NCBI GenBank assembly: GCA_963674735.2
Contig: CAXXQS010000001.1
Location: forward strand, 672,001 to 736,000
DNA length: 64,000 bases
Direction of reading: 5' to 3'
DNA from: Myxococcota bacterium
Lineage (GTDB): Bacteria > Myxococcota_A > SURF-8
The notes under the pieces were generated by a model. It saw only the letters and a list, made by a program, of their open reading frames with translations, was not told where the DNA came from and searched no databases. The stretch's first letter is position 1. The number at the start of each line of letters is the position of its first letter. A program made the position numbers and the translations under genes. Positions 28,308-37,930 of this stretch are shown piece by piece.

Positions 28308-31300
28308 ATGACGAATCCAGTAACCGGTTCTGTTCTCGTCGCGGGCGGTGGTATCGCCGGTATCCAGGCTTCACTGGATCTCGCGAATTCGGGATATCAC
28401 GTGTACCTTGTCGAAACAAAAAGCTCCATCGGCGGCGTGATGGCGCAGCTTGACAAAACGTTCCCCACCAACGACTGCTCCATGTGTATCATGTCGCCGA
28501 AGTTGGTCGAGGTGGGCCGCCATAAAAACATTGAAATTCTCACCCTGGCTGACATCCAGGACGTGCAGGGCGAGAAGGGCAACTTCACGGTCAAAATCCG
28601 GCAGCGCCCGCGTTATGTGGATCCCGACAAGTGTATTGCTTGTGGTGTCTGCACCCAGACCTGCCCGTCCAAGGTGGATGACTCTTACAATGCCGGTTTG
28701 GGCAAGCGCAAGGCCATCCACGTTTTGTATCCGCAGGCCGTGCCACTTAAGTATGTCATCGATGCCGAGCATTGCTTCAAACTGACCAAGGATAAATGTG
28801 GAATCTGTGCGAAGAAATGTCCCAAGGGTGCCATTAACTATGATGATACCGAAAAGCAACTTACGCTTAATGTCGGGGCGTTGATTCTTGCGCCCGGCTT
28901 CGATACTTTCGATGCCTCCAAACTGGTTGCTTACGGATACGGAAAAACACCGAATGTCGTGACCTCTATCGAGTTCGAACGTCTGCTGTCGGCCTCGGGT
29001 CCCACTCAGGGGCATGTCCAGCGAAATGATGGAAAAGAGCCGAAGAAAATTGCGTGGTTGCAGTGTGTCGGATCACGTGATATCAACCGTGCCGAAAACG
29101 GGCATTGTTCATCCGTTTGTTGTATGTACGCCATCAAGGAAGCCATCATTACCAAAGAACATGGTGCGGATGTCGATTGCTCCATTTTCTATATGGATAT
29201 GCGTACGCACGGTAAGGACTTCGAAGCGTGCTACAACGACGCCAAAGATAAACACGGCATCAACTTTATCCGTACACGTGTGCATTCCATTATTCCCGAC
29301 ATGAAAACCGGCGACTTGGAGTTGTCTTATATCGACGATGATGGCAAGTTGCTGAAATCCATGTTCGACATGGTCGTGTTGTCTGTTGGTATGCAAACGC
29401 CGCCGGAATTGGTCCAGCTTGCCGGAAGCATGAATGTGGCGTTGACACCCGGTAATTTCTGCCAAACCGGATCGTTTTCGCCGGTGTCCACTTCGCGTGA
29501 CGGTATCTATGTGTGCGGTGCCTTCCAGGGCCCCAAAGACATTCCGCAGTCGGTGGTCGAAGCGAGTTCGGCCGCCATGTGTGCCGGAGCGGATCTGGCC
29601 GCAGCGCGCAATACCTTGATTAAACAAGATAAGCCGATTTCCGAACGCAACGTGACGGGCGAACGTCCGCGCGTCGGTGTGTTTGTTTGTCATTGTGGGC
29701 ATAACATCGGGGGCGTCGTCGACGTGCCGGGCGTGCGCGATTACGCTCGGGATCTTCCATATGTCGAGTATGTGGCCGACAACCTGTATTCCTGCAGTCA
29801 GGACACCCAGGATGTGATGGCGAAAATGATCGAGGAGCATCAGCTCAATCGCATCGTCGTGGCGGCCTGCAGCCCCAAAACGCATGAACCTTTGTTCCAG
29901 GAAACCTTGACGGCGGCGGGCATCAACAAATACTTGTTCGAATTCTGCAACATTCGCAACCATGTTTCCTGGGTGCATAAGGACGACCCGCAAGCGGCGA
30001 CCGAAAAATCCAAAGAGTTGGTGCGGATGGCCGTTGCCAAGGTGGCGTGTTTGGCTCCCTTGCAAGAGGCCGAACTTGAAATCAATCAGGCTGCCATGGT
30101 GATCGGCGGCGGCCTTGCCGGGATGACCGCAGCGAAAGGGCTGGCGAGCCAGGGTTATCAGGTGCATCTGGTCGAACGCGAAACGCAACTCGGCGGTCAG
30201 GCGCGAAATCTGTACCACACGTGGCGCGGAGAAGACGTTCAGGCCGAGTTGGCCGAAATGGTAAAAACGATTGAGTCGAGCCCGGAAATCACGGTTCATA
30301 CCGGAACGGCGCTCACCCATGTCGATGGATTCGTCGGCAACTTCGTTTCTTCGTTGGAAAAAGACGGACAAACCCAGCGCATCAAGCATGGTGTGGCGAT
30401 TATCGCGACCGGTGCGAAAGGGTATACTCCCAACGAATACCTTTACGGCAAAGACCCACGGGTGCTGACGCATCATGAGTTGGACGCGCGTTTCATTGCT
30501 GACGACGCTTCGTTGGCCAAGATGAAAACGGCTGTATTCATTCAATGTGTAGGTTCACGTGAGCCGGGACACCCCTACTGCTCGCGTGTCTGTTGTACAC
30601 ATACCGTCGAAAGTGCGATTCGATTGAAAGAGCGCAATGCCGACATGAAGGTGTTCGTGCTTTACCGCGATATTCGCACTTACGGTGAGCGCGAGCTTCT
30701 GTATACCAAAGCTCGCGAGCTGGGCGTGATTTTCATCCGCTACGGACTTGACGGCAAACCGCAGGTTGTCGCCGGTGACAAAGGACTGGAAATTACGGTT
30801 AAAGACCACATCTTGAACCGTCCCGTCACCATTACGGCTGACCTGCTGACTTTGGCAACAGCCATCGAGTCCTATCGTGACGAGAAACTGGCTCAGATGT
30901 TCAAGGTCCCAATAAACGAGGATGGATTCTTCCTCGAAGCGCATGTCAAGCTTGGGCCGTCTGATTTCGCCACCGATGGTGTGTTCCTTGCCGGTATGGC
31001 TCATTATCCCAAGCCGGTGGATGAGGCGGTCGCGCAGGGTCAAGCCGCCGTGTCGCGTGCCACGACGCTTCTTGCCCGTGAGCGTGTACGCATCAGCGGA
31101 AACGTGGCTTATGTCGATCCGCGGGACTGCTCCAGTTGTGGAACCTGCGTTGATGTTTGTCCTTACAATGCTCCGAATTTCATCACCGATGGACCGTTTG
31201 CCGGTCGCTCGGAGATTAATCCGATGCTGTGCAAAGGATGTGGCTTGTGTGTGGCGTCCTGCCGCTCCGGTGCGATCAATCTGCGTGGGTTCGAGCAGAA

Positions 31301-31334
31301 CCAGTTGATGGTCCAGATCATGGAGGCGATTTAA
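28308..31334 (+). CDS. hdrA: Heterodisulfide reductase subunit A (large form with two FAD domains)
   Basis: GGGIAG, LDKTFPTNDCSMC, QCVGSR, CSSVCCMY, GVFVCHCG, AACSP, GGGLAG, CSRVCC and C-terminal ferredoxin motifs. Confidence 0.95.
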   Translation: MTNPVTGSVLVAGGGIAGIQASLDLANSGYHVYLVETKSSIGGVMAQLDKTFPTNDCSMCIMSPKLVEVGRHKNIEILTLADIQDVQGEKGNFTVKIRQRPRYVDPDKCIACGVCTQTCPSKVDDSYNAGLGKRKAIHVLYPQAVPLKYVIDAEHCFKLTKDKCGICAKKCPKGAINYDDTEKQLTLNVGALILAPGFDTFDASKLVAYGYGKTPNVVTSIEFERLLSASGPTQGHVQRNDGKEPKKIAWLQCVGSRDINRAENGHCSSVCCMYAIKEAIITKEHGADVDCSIFYMDMRTHGKDFEACYNDAKDKHGINFIRTRVHSIIPDMKTGDLELSYIDDDGKLLKSMFDMVVLSVGMQTPPELVQLAGSMNVALTPGNFCQTGSFSPVSTSRDGIYVCGAFQGPKDIPQSVVEASSAAMCAGADLAAARNTLIKQDKPISERNVTGERPRVGVFVCHCGHNIGGVVDVPGVRDYARDLPYVEYVADNLYSCSQDTQDVMAKMIEEHQLNRIVVAACSPKTHEPLFQETLTAAGINKYLFEFCNIRNHVSWVHKDDPQAATEKSKELVRMAVAKVACLAPLQEAELEINQAAMVIGGGLAGMTAAKGLASQGYQVHLVERETQLGGQARNLYHTWRGEDVQAELAEMVKTIESSPEITVHTGTALTHVDGFVGNFVSSLEKDGQTQRIKHGVAIIATGAKGYTPNEYLYGKDPRVLTHHELDARFIADDASLAKMKTAVFIQCVGSREPGHPYCSRVCCTHTVESAIRLKERNADMKVFVLYRDIRTYGERELLYTKARELGVIFIRYGLDGKPQVVAGDKGLEITVKDHILNRPVTITADLLTLATAIESYRDEKLAQMFKVPINEDGFFLEAHVKLGPSDFATDGVFLAGMAHYPKPVDEAVAQGQAAVSRATTLLARERVRISGNVAYVDPRDCSSCGTCVDVCPYNAPNFITDGPFAGRSEINPMLCKGCGLCVASCRSGAINLRGFEQNQLMVQIMEAI

Positions 31335-31367
31335 TCCAAGCGGCATCGTCGCTGGGTGAGGAGATGA

Positions 31368-31814
31368 ATGATGCAAATTCCTAGAGAAGACTGGCAGCCC
31401 AAGATCGTGGCCTTTCTCTGCAATTGGTGCACGTATGGTGCGGCCGACCTGGCAGGCGTGAATCGCTTGCAATATCCGCCGAACTTCAAAGTTATCCGGG
31501 TGCCTTGCTCGGGACGGATCAGTCCCAAGCTGATTATGGCCGCGTTCCGTAATGGAGCGGACGGTGTGTGGGTGTCGGGTTGTCATCCGGGTGATTGTCA
31601 CTATATAGAAGGCAACCTGTACGCACGTCGTAAGTTTGCCATGTTCCGCAACCTCTTCAATTACATCGGTATCGATGAACGCCGTCTGCATTTCTCCTGG
31701 ATTTCGTCCGCCGAAGGCACGAAATTCGCCGCAGTGGCCAACGAAGTGGTCGAGGCCGTCCGGGAAGCCGGACCGGCCCATCAGCTGATCAAAGAAAAGG
31801 CACAGGTGGTGTGA
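31368..31814 (+). CDS. flxD: MvhD/FlxD-like [2Fe-2S] protein
   Basis: AFLCNWC, IRVPCSGR, GADGV, GCHPGDCHY, WISSAEG. Confidence 0.9.
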   Translation: MMQIPREDWQPKIVAFLCNWCTYGAADLAGVNRLQYPPNFKVIRVPCSGRISPKLIMAAFRNGADGVWVSGCHPGDCHYIEGNLYARRKFAMFRNLFNYIGIDERRLHFSWISSAEGTKFAAVANEVVEAVREAGPAHQLIKEKAQVV

Positions 31815-32764
31815 TGAAAGAATACACGGCTATAATTCGTGAAACGGCCAAACGCCTGCTTTCGGAGAAAACGGTCGACGCATTTGTCGGCTATCGGAAG
31901 GGGAGTGTGCCGATGGTCAACCAGCCGGTCGTCATTACCGATCCGGCTCAGGCCGATGAACTTGTTTGGGATCGCAATTGCGCTCTTAATCTCACCAATT
32001 ACCTAACCGGTCGTAAGGACAAGGTCGGCGTGTTGGCGACAGGTTGCAATTCGCGCAATATCGTGATGCATATCAAGGAAAACCAGATCCAACGTGAACA
32101 GCTGGTGGTGGTGGGTGTTCCGTGCACGGGTATGATCGATCCTAAGAAAGTTCGCGCCGCCGTTGATGGCAAAGAAATTCTCAGCGTCGAGGAAGAGGGC
32201 GATCAAGTCGTGGTCACGGGTGATGGCTTTGAGAAGAGCCTGGCTGTGGCGGATGTGATGCAGAACAACTGTATGACCTGCGCTCGGCGTAATCCGGTTA
32301 TCCATGATGAAATGGTTGCGCAAGAAGTTCCTGAACTGGATGCCGCCGAAGCCTATGCGGATGTCGCTTCGATCGAGAAGCTGGAAGACGAAGAACGCTG
32401 GGACTCTTTCCAGGGTGCTTTCGAGACATGCATCCGCTGCTATGCTTGCCGCAATGCCTGTCCGTTGTGCTACTGTCCCACGTGTTTTGTCGATGAGGCC
32501 AAGCCGCAGTGGATCGGCAAGAGCATCGATCCCAATGATACGCTGGCTTTTCACTTCCTGCGGGCGTTCCATATGGCCGGACGCTGCACGGATTGCGGGG
32601 CATGCGAGCGTGCCTGCCCGGTGGATATTCCCGTACGCTATCTCACCAAGAAGCTCAACAAGGATACAAAGGGAATATTCGGCTACGAAGCAGGGATGAG
32701 TGAAGATGGCAAGCCGCTGCTTGATGATTATAAAATAACGGACTTGAATGACTTTGTCCGCTAG
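31811..32764 (+). CDS. flxC: FlxC-like 4Fe-4S protein
   Basis: CIRCYACRNACPLCYCPTC and HMAGRCTDCGACERACP; position matches the hdr-flxDCBA order. Confidence 0.82.
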   Translation: MMKEYTAIIRETAKRLLSEKTVDAFVGYRKGSVPMVNQPVVITDPAQADELVWDRNCALNLTNYLTGRKDKVGVLATGCNSRNIVMHIKENQIQREQLVVVGVPCTGMIDPKKVRAAVDGKEILSVEEEGDQVVVTGDGFEKSLAVADVMQNNCMTCARRNPVIHDEMVAQEVPELDAAEAYADVASIEKLEDEERWDSFQGAFETCIRCYACRNACPLCYCPTCFVDEAKPQWIGKSIDPNDTLAFHFLRAFHMAGRCTDCGACERACPVDIPVRYLTKKLNKDTKGIFGYEAGMSEDGKPLLDDYKITDLNDFVR

Positions 32765-32782
32765 GCAAAGCGAGGGTGTTTC

Positions 32783-33841
32783 ATGATTGAGAAAACCTAT
32801 ACGAAAGATCAATGGCAAAGCGCCGTGATGAAGCTTGCGTTGTCGGAAAAAGTCATCGCACCGGTCAAGAAAGGTGCGCATACGACCTTCGACGTTTTGG
32901 AAAGCAACGTTCAGCCCGACTTCGAAACGCTGAAGACGCGTTTGTCTCCCAAAGGGGTGCTTTTCCCGCAATCGGAACGCATGTTCAACTACTCGCTCGA
33001 TCCGGCTGATGAAGAGCGAGGCATACTCAAAGACGACAAGGCCGCCTTTGAACCGCAGAGTGTTGTGGGATTACGGCCATGCGATGCGTTCTCCTTTGAG
33101 CTGGTTAAGCTCAACTTCGATACGCCGGAGTATCGCGATCCCTGGTGGACCGGGCGATATGATATGACGACGTTCGTTGGAGCTGCTTGCAATCAGCCAG
33201 GTCAAACCTGTTTCTGCACATCGGTGGGAGCCGCTCCTCACGGTGAAGCCGGTCTCGATGTTTTAACGACCGATTTGGGCGATACTCTTTACGTCCGGGC
33301 GTTGACAGAAAAAGGCGAAAAGTGGCTTGCCAAGCTAGAAGGTGGGGACGCCGCCAACGGTGAACACAAAGCCAAATCGGCTGAGTTGGCGAAAGTTTCC
33401 GCAAGCAAGGTTCCGTCGAAAGTCGAAACCGGCAACTTGAAAAAACTCTCCGAAAAAGAACTTTTCGAGGCACCGTTTTGGAAAACGATTGCCGAGGGTT
33501 GCATCAATTGTGGAGCCTGTACGTTCTCCTGTCCGACCTGCTGGTGTTTCGACATTCAGGATGAAACGTCGCCAAAAGAAAAGCAGGGCGATCGCATGCG
33601 CAACTGGGATTCTTGCATGTTCCCGCTATTCACGCGACACAGCTCCGGACATAATCCGCGCGGAGAGAAGTACCAGCGGGTGCGCCAGCGTTTCATGCAT
33701 AAGCTGAAATACTATCTGGAGCGTCAAGGAGAGCATGTCCTGTGTGTTGGATGTGGGCGTTGTGTTGAACTCTGCCCCGCCAATATCGATATCCGGACGA
33801 TCTGTGAAACCATGAACGCCTATGTCGGGAAAGGAGAATAA
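32783..33841 (+). CDS. flxB: FlxB-like (AsrA-like) 4Fe-4S protein
   Basis: SPKGVLFPQSE, GLRPCD, CFC, CINCGACTFSCPTCWCF, WDSC, CVGCGRCVELCP. Confidence 0.85.
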   Translation: MIEKTYTKDQWQSAVMKLALSEKVIAPVKKGAHTTFDVLESNVQPDFETLKTRLSPKGVLFPQSERMFNYSLDPADEERGILKDDKAAFEPQSVVGLRPCDAFSFELVKLNFDTPEYRDPWWTGRYDMTTFVGAACNQPGQTCFCTSVGAAPHGEAGLDVLTTDLGDTLYVRALTEKGEKWLAKLEGGDAANGEHKAKSAELAKVSASKVPSKVETGNLKKLSEKELFEAPFWKTIAEGCINCGACTFSCPTCWCFDIQDETSPKEKQGDRMRNWDSCMFPLFTRHSSGHNPRGEKYQRVRQRFMHKLKYYLERQGEHVLCVGCGRCVELCPANIDIRTICETMNAYVGKGE

Positions 33842-33843
33842 TC

Positions 33844-34710
33844 ATGGCTTGCGCTTGTCAGAATGCTTATAAGCCGATCCCGATGCGGATTGAAGATATT
33901 TTTATTGAAACCGAAGACCGGAGCTTACGCACGTTCAAGCTGACTTTCGTCAACTCGGACGATGAAAAGGCTTTCAGTTTCCATGCCGGTCAGTTCGCCG
34001 AGATTTCGGTTCCCGGTATGGGTGAAATTCCTATCGGGATTGCTTCTTCGCCTACCGAGAAGGGCTTTTTGTCTTTTACCATCCAGAAAATGGGGACGGT
34101 TACCAGTTATTTACACTCCATGAAAGTGGGTGACGTGATCGGGATCCGCGGTCCTTTGGGTAATTGGTATCCCTGGGAGCGTATGGAAGGCAAGAACGTC
34201 GTGATCGTGGGTGGTGGTTGTGCTTTTTCAACCCTGCGTTCATCCATCGTGTATATGCTGGATCCGGCCAATCGTGCGAAATACAAAGACATCCTGGTCG
34301 TTTATGGTGCCCGTAGCCTGGGTCATCTGCTCTACCGTGATGAGATCTTGGCCTGGAATGAGAGCGATCAGCTCGATATGAATATCACGGTTGACGGCAT
34401 CCAGGAAGACGAAGAAGCTCCGAACTGGCGCTGCAGCATCGGCTTTGTCCCGACGGCTGTGAAGGAAAAAGTCACCGATGCCACCAACGCCATCGCCTTG
34501 GTGTGTGGTCCGCCAGCGATGATTCGTTTTACGAAGCCGGTGCTTAAGGATGCCGGTTTTACGGACGAGCAGATTATTCTCTCGCTGGAAAATCGCATGA
34601 AATGCGGTATCGGAATGTGTGGGCGTTGCAATGTGGGCGATAAGTTTGTCTGCAAAGACGGCCCTGTCTTCACCTTAGCCGAATTGAACCAGTTGCCGGA
34701 AGATTATTGA
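33844..34710 (+). CDS. flxA: FlxA-like FAD/NAD-binding oxidoreductase with [2Fe-2S]
   Basis: GQF, GEIPIGIASSP, RGPLGN, GGG, YGAR, CGPP, LENRMKCGIGMCGRC..VCKDGPVF. Confidence 0.88.
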   Translation: MACACQNAYKPIPMRIEDIFIETEDRSLRTFKLTFVNSDDEKAFSFHAGQFAEISVPGMGEIPIGIASSPTEKGFLSFTIQKMGTVTSYLHSMKVGDVIGIRGPLGNWYPWERMEGKNVVIVGGGCAFSTLRSSIVYMLDPANRAKYKDILVVYGARSLGHLLYRDEILAWNESDQLDMNITVDGIQEDEEAPNWRCSIGFVPTAVKEKVTDATNAIALVCGPPAMIRFTKPVLKDAGFTDEQIILSLENRMKCGIGMCGRCNVGDKFVCKDGPVFTLAELNQLPEDY

Positions 34711-34774
34711 TCCAAAAGCGGTGTAGAAGACGGTTTGTAAAGCGATCGGATAAGATTCTTAGCAAACGCAGACG

Positions 34775-34809
34775 AGACGCCCTTCACCATGTGGGGGGTG
34801 TCTTTTTTT
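34775..34809 (+). terminator. Rho-independent terminator after the hdr-flx operon
   Basis: AGACGCCCTTCAC-CAT-GTGGGGGGTGTCT stem (with G-U pairs) followed by a T tract. Confidence 0.8.
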
Positions 34810-34924
34810 GTATTATTTGGAAAATCTGAAGGAGTCTATTGCCGTATTGCCTGCAAAAGACTCGACAATAATGGCATAGAATCGTATAGTCTTGGAGCCT
34901 TGGTCTTACAATGGGACTCCAAGC

Positions 34925-36394
34925 ATGACCGTCGAAATGATTCAAAAATGTGGGTTGGAGCTTCTAAACTTATGCTCGCAAGCGGTGATGGTGGTCGATG
35001 TGAACGGCCTGATCGTTTTCATCAATTCCGCTGCCGTCTCTTGGCTTCACAAGTCATCTGCTGAACTGTTTGAAACGTCTATATTAAGTATTCTTCCCAG
35101 TTTGAGCGAGTTGTTCCCAGCCGAACAATCGGAACGATCAGGTCGATACACGTCATCTGATACCAATCTGGAAGAGGTTGACTTCCAGTATCGAATGACC
35201 CCGCTTGCCGTATCCGAAACAGTGGACGGTGGGTTATTCCTTCTAAACTTCGAAATGCAGACGGATCCATCCGCTGACGATCTGTTGCGTGCCTCGCGGC
35301 GTCAACTGGAAGACATTATCGCCTTTCTTCCCGATCCCACCATGGCGATCGATACGGACGGGCGTGTTATTGCATGGAACCGGGCCATCGAGGCTCTCAC
35401 CGGCGCATCGGCTGAACAGATGTTGGGAAAGGGAAACTACGAATATTCAATCCCTATATATGGATTTCGTCGCCCCATTTTGATCGATATTTTGTTGCAT
35501 CCGGGTATTGTTGTGGATGCTACTTACAATTTTCTGACCCTAGGCCCGGACATGTTGACCGCCGAAACCACGACGAACCGTTTAGGAGCAGGAACCCGAT
35601 ATTTGTGGGCGAAAGCTTGTATTCTCTATGATGATGCGGGAAACAAGGTCGGGGCCATTGAATCGATTCGTGATATAACGGAAATGCGGGAACGAGAGGA
35701 ACAACTCCTTAAGTACCAACGACAGCTACGTGAACTCAGTTCCGAACTTTCGCTGGCGGAAGAACGGGAACGCCGAACGTTAGCGCAGAACCTGCACGAT
35801 CACGTGGGGCAGAAGCTGGCCATTTCGAAAATGCATCTCGGTATGGCCAAAGATCAAGCGAAAGAGGAAACTTTAAAGAATACGCTTCGGGAAGTGTATG
35901 GCACGATCGATCAAATCATCGACGATATTCAGAGCCTGACTTTCGAACTGAGTTCCCCCCTTCTTTTTGGAGAAGGCCTTGAAGCTGCGTTGAAGGATCT
36001 GGGGGAGCAGTTGCTGTCTCGTTACAAACTCCGGTCTTCGTTTATGTCGCTTGGGGTTCCGGCCGGTTTGTCGGAAAGTCTGATCATTACCGTATACAAA
36101 GTTGTTCGGGAGTTGCTATATAATATCATCAAGCATGCCGAGGCTGCTGCTGTCGAGATTTTGGTCTCTTCGGATGATGAGGTCGTTTCGGTGGTAGTCT
36201 CCGATGATGGGAAAGGATTTCGGCCTGAAATTCTCACCGGCCACTTGGAGGGCAAGGGGCGTTTTGGCCTTTTCAGCGTCAAAGAGCGGGTCGATTTCCT
36301 TGGTGGCAATATGGATATCGAATCCGAACCCGGACAAGGGACGCGTATCAGTATCCATGTTCCGCATCTGATCAGAATAGAGGGAGCAACATGA
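34925..36394 (+). CDS. Cytoplasmic PAS-PAS sensor histidine kinase (HisKA_3/NarX-UhpB type)
   Basis: PAS motifs (WNRAIEALTG, IRDITE), EERERRTLAQNLHDHVGQ H-box, ELLYNIIKHA, DDGKGF, FGL, PGQGT; no TM helix evident. Confidence 0.92.
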   Translation: MTVEMIQKCGLELLNLCSQAVMVVDVNGLIVFINSAAVSWLHKSSAELFETSILSILPSLSELFPAEQSERSGRYTSSDTNLEEVDFQYRMTPLAVSETVDGGLFLLNFEMQTDPSADDLLRASRRQLEDIIAFLPDPTMAIDTDGRVIAWNRAIEALTGASAEQMLGKGNYEYSIPIYGFRRPILIDILLHPGIVVDATYNFLTLGPDMLTAETTTNRLGAGTRYLWAKACILYDDAGNKVGAIESIRDITEMREREEQLLKYQRQLRELSSELSLAEERERRTLAQNLHDHVGQKLAISKMHLGMAKDQAKEETLKNTLREVYGTIDQIIDDIQSLTFELSSPLLFGEGLEAALKDLGEQLLSRYKLRSSFMSLGVPAGLSESLIITVYKVVRELLYNIIKHAEAAAVEILVSSDDEVVSVVVSDDGKGFRPEILTGHLEGKGRFGLFSVKERVDFLGGNMDIESEPGQGTRISIHVPHLIRIEGAT

Positions 36395-37038
36395 CCATTA
36401 AACTGTTGATCGCGGATGATCATCTAGTGGTGAGAGAAGGTATGCGCGCCATGTTGAAATCCGTCCCGGATATGGACGTTGTCGGCGAGGCCGAGGACGG
36501 TCGTCAAGCTGTGGATTTGTGTCGCGTGTTGAAACCGGATTTGGTGATCATGGATATCTCGATGCCGGTACTTGGCGGCGTGGAGGCCACGCGCGAAATC
36601 AAGGCCGAGAATCCGAGAGTTCGAGTGCTGGCTTTATCCATGCATACTCAAAAACATTTCATCCAAAATGTACTGGAAGCCGGAGCTTCGGGATATTTAC
36701 TGAAAACGTGTATTTCCGAAGAAATCAGGGATGCGATCCGAAAGATCATTGCCGGCGAAACTTATATTTGCAGTAAAATATCCAATGTCGTGGTCGATGC
36801 GTACGTCGAGCAATTCCAGAGTCGTGAATCAGGTTATGCTCGCTTGTCGCCCCGGGAGAGACAGGTTGTGCAATTGCTGGCCGAAGGCAAGCGCACCAAG
36901 GATATCGCTCAGGATCTGCACATCAGTCCGCGCACGGTGGAGGTTTATCGGGCGCAGATTATGAAAAAACTGAATTTCGAGTCGATGGCCGACCTAGTCA
37001 AGTTTGCGATCCGCGAAGGAATGACGTCCCTAGACTAA
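36391..37038 (+). CDS. NarL/LuxR-family response regulator
   Basis: ADDH, MDISMP, GASGYLLK, LSPRERQV..GKRTKDIA..ISPRTVE HTH. Confidence 0.95.
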   Translation: MTIKLLIADDHLVVREGMRAMLKSVPDMDVVGEAEDGRQAVDLCRVLKPDLVIMDISMPVLGGVEATREIKAENPRVRVLALSMHTQKHFIQNVLEAGASGYLLKTCISEEIRDAIRKIIAGETYICSKISNVVVDAYVEQFQSRESGYARLSPRERQVVQLLAEGKRTKDIAQDLHISPRTVEVYRAQIMKKLNFESMADLVKFAIREGMTSLD

Positions 37039-37342
37039 GTCCCCGAATATTAAGGCGAAATTAGTAAAAGACAAATATTCTTCACCCCGTCACCCGCCTC
37101 TTGTTTGATCGCCTACGCAGTATTACGTAACCCTAAAAATAAGTAATTACGGAGTCAACTTTATTGGCGATCGGCCGTATTATGGCTTATGGGAAGATCG
37201 GCCATTAGGCAACCCGGTAATTCGGCCGATTATTATTGTAAAACTTTATAAAATGACATTGCACCTTAAATTAAAAAATTTCAGTTGATGTGGTTCGTAT
37301 TAAAAAAAAACAATTTGTACCAAAGGCATAGTGAAAGGGTGA

Positions 37343-37876
37343 ATGATGGCAAATGAAAAACAAGAGCTCACAGGGGCGTCGCTGGCTGGGAAGTATATGA
37401 CTTTCAAGCTGGCGGCGGAGGAGTACGGGCTTGAGATTCTGAAAGTCCGTGAAATTATAGGATTAATGGACATAACCCGTGTTCCGCGGACGCCGGAATT
37501 CATGCGGGGAGTGATCAATCTGCGGGGGAAGGTCATTCCGGTTGTGGATTTGCGGCTGAAGTTTGGGATGGAGGAAGCCGAGGCCACCGACCAGACGGTT
37601 ATCATCGTGGTGCAGCTGATCGCGGGGGATACCGAGCTGACGATGGGCATTGTGGTGGATGAGGTGTTGGAAGTGTTGGATATCGAACCGTCCCAGATCG
37701 AGCCTCCGCCGAGTTTCGGGGGGACTCAGGTGGATACGGATTTCATTTTGGGGGTGGGCAAGTCAGATAAGCGCGTTATTTTTCTGCTGGATATCAACAA
37801 AGTTTTAACGGCGGCAGAGATTCTTAGCTTGGAAAGTACCCATCAAGGACAAGAAACCGGACAGCAAGCTGGATAG
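37343..37876 (+). CDS. cheW: Chemotaxis coupling protein CheW
   Basis: KYMTFKL, VREII, GVINLRGKVIPVVDLR, GIVVDEV. Confidence 0.95.
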   Translation: MMANEKQELTGASLAGKYMTFKLAAEEYGLEILKVREIIGLMDITRVPRTPEFMRGVINLRGKVIPVVDLRLKFGMEEAEATDQTVIIVVQLIAGDTELTMGIVVDEVLEVLDIEPSQIEPPPSFGGTQVDTDFILGVGKSDKRVIFLLDINKVLTAAEILSLESTHQGQETGQQAG

Positions 37877-37930
37877 CAATAAAATTCCTTCGATGTCAAA
37901 TATCGAAATAAGGGAACGCAAGGAGGCCAC

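Noticed and set aside
28308-31814. Selenocysteine recoding in HdrA/MvhD-like proteins
   Set aside because: The usual Sec positions are Cys codons and the ORFs have no in-frame TGA.
29109-32971. Long minus-strand ORFs (478, 408 and 322 aa)
   Set aside because: Antisense shadows of hdrA/flx genes with no recognisable domains.
27003-34710. Evidence of methanogenesis or a hydrogenase
   Set aside because: There is no NiFe large subunit or mcr, and the order fits bacterial Hdr-Flx.
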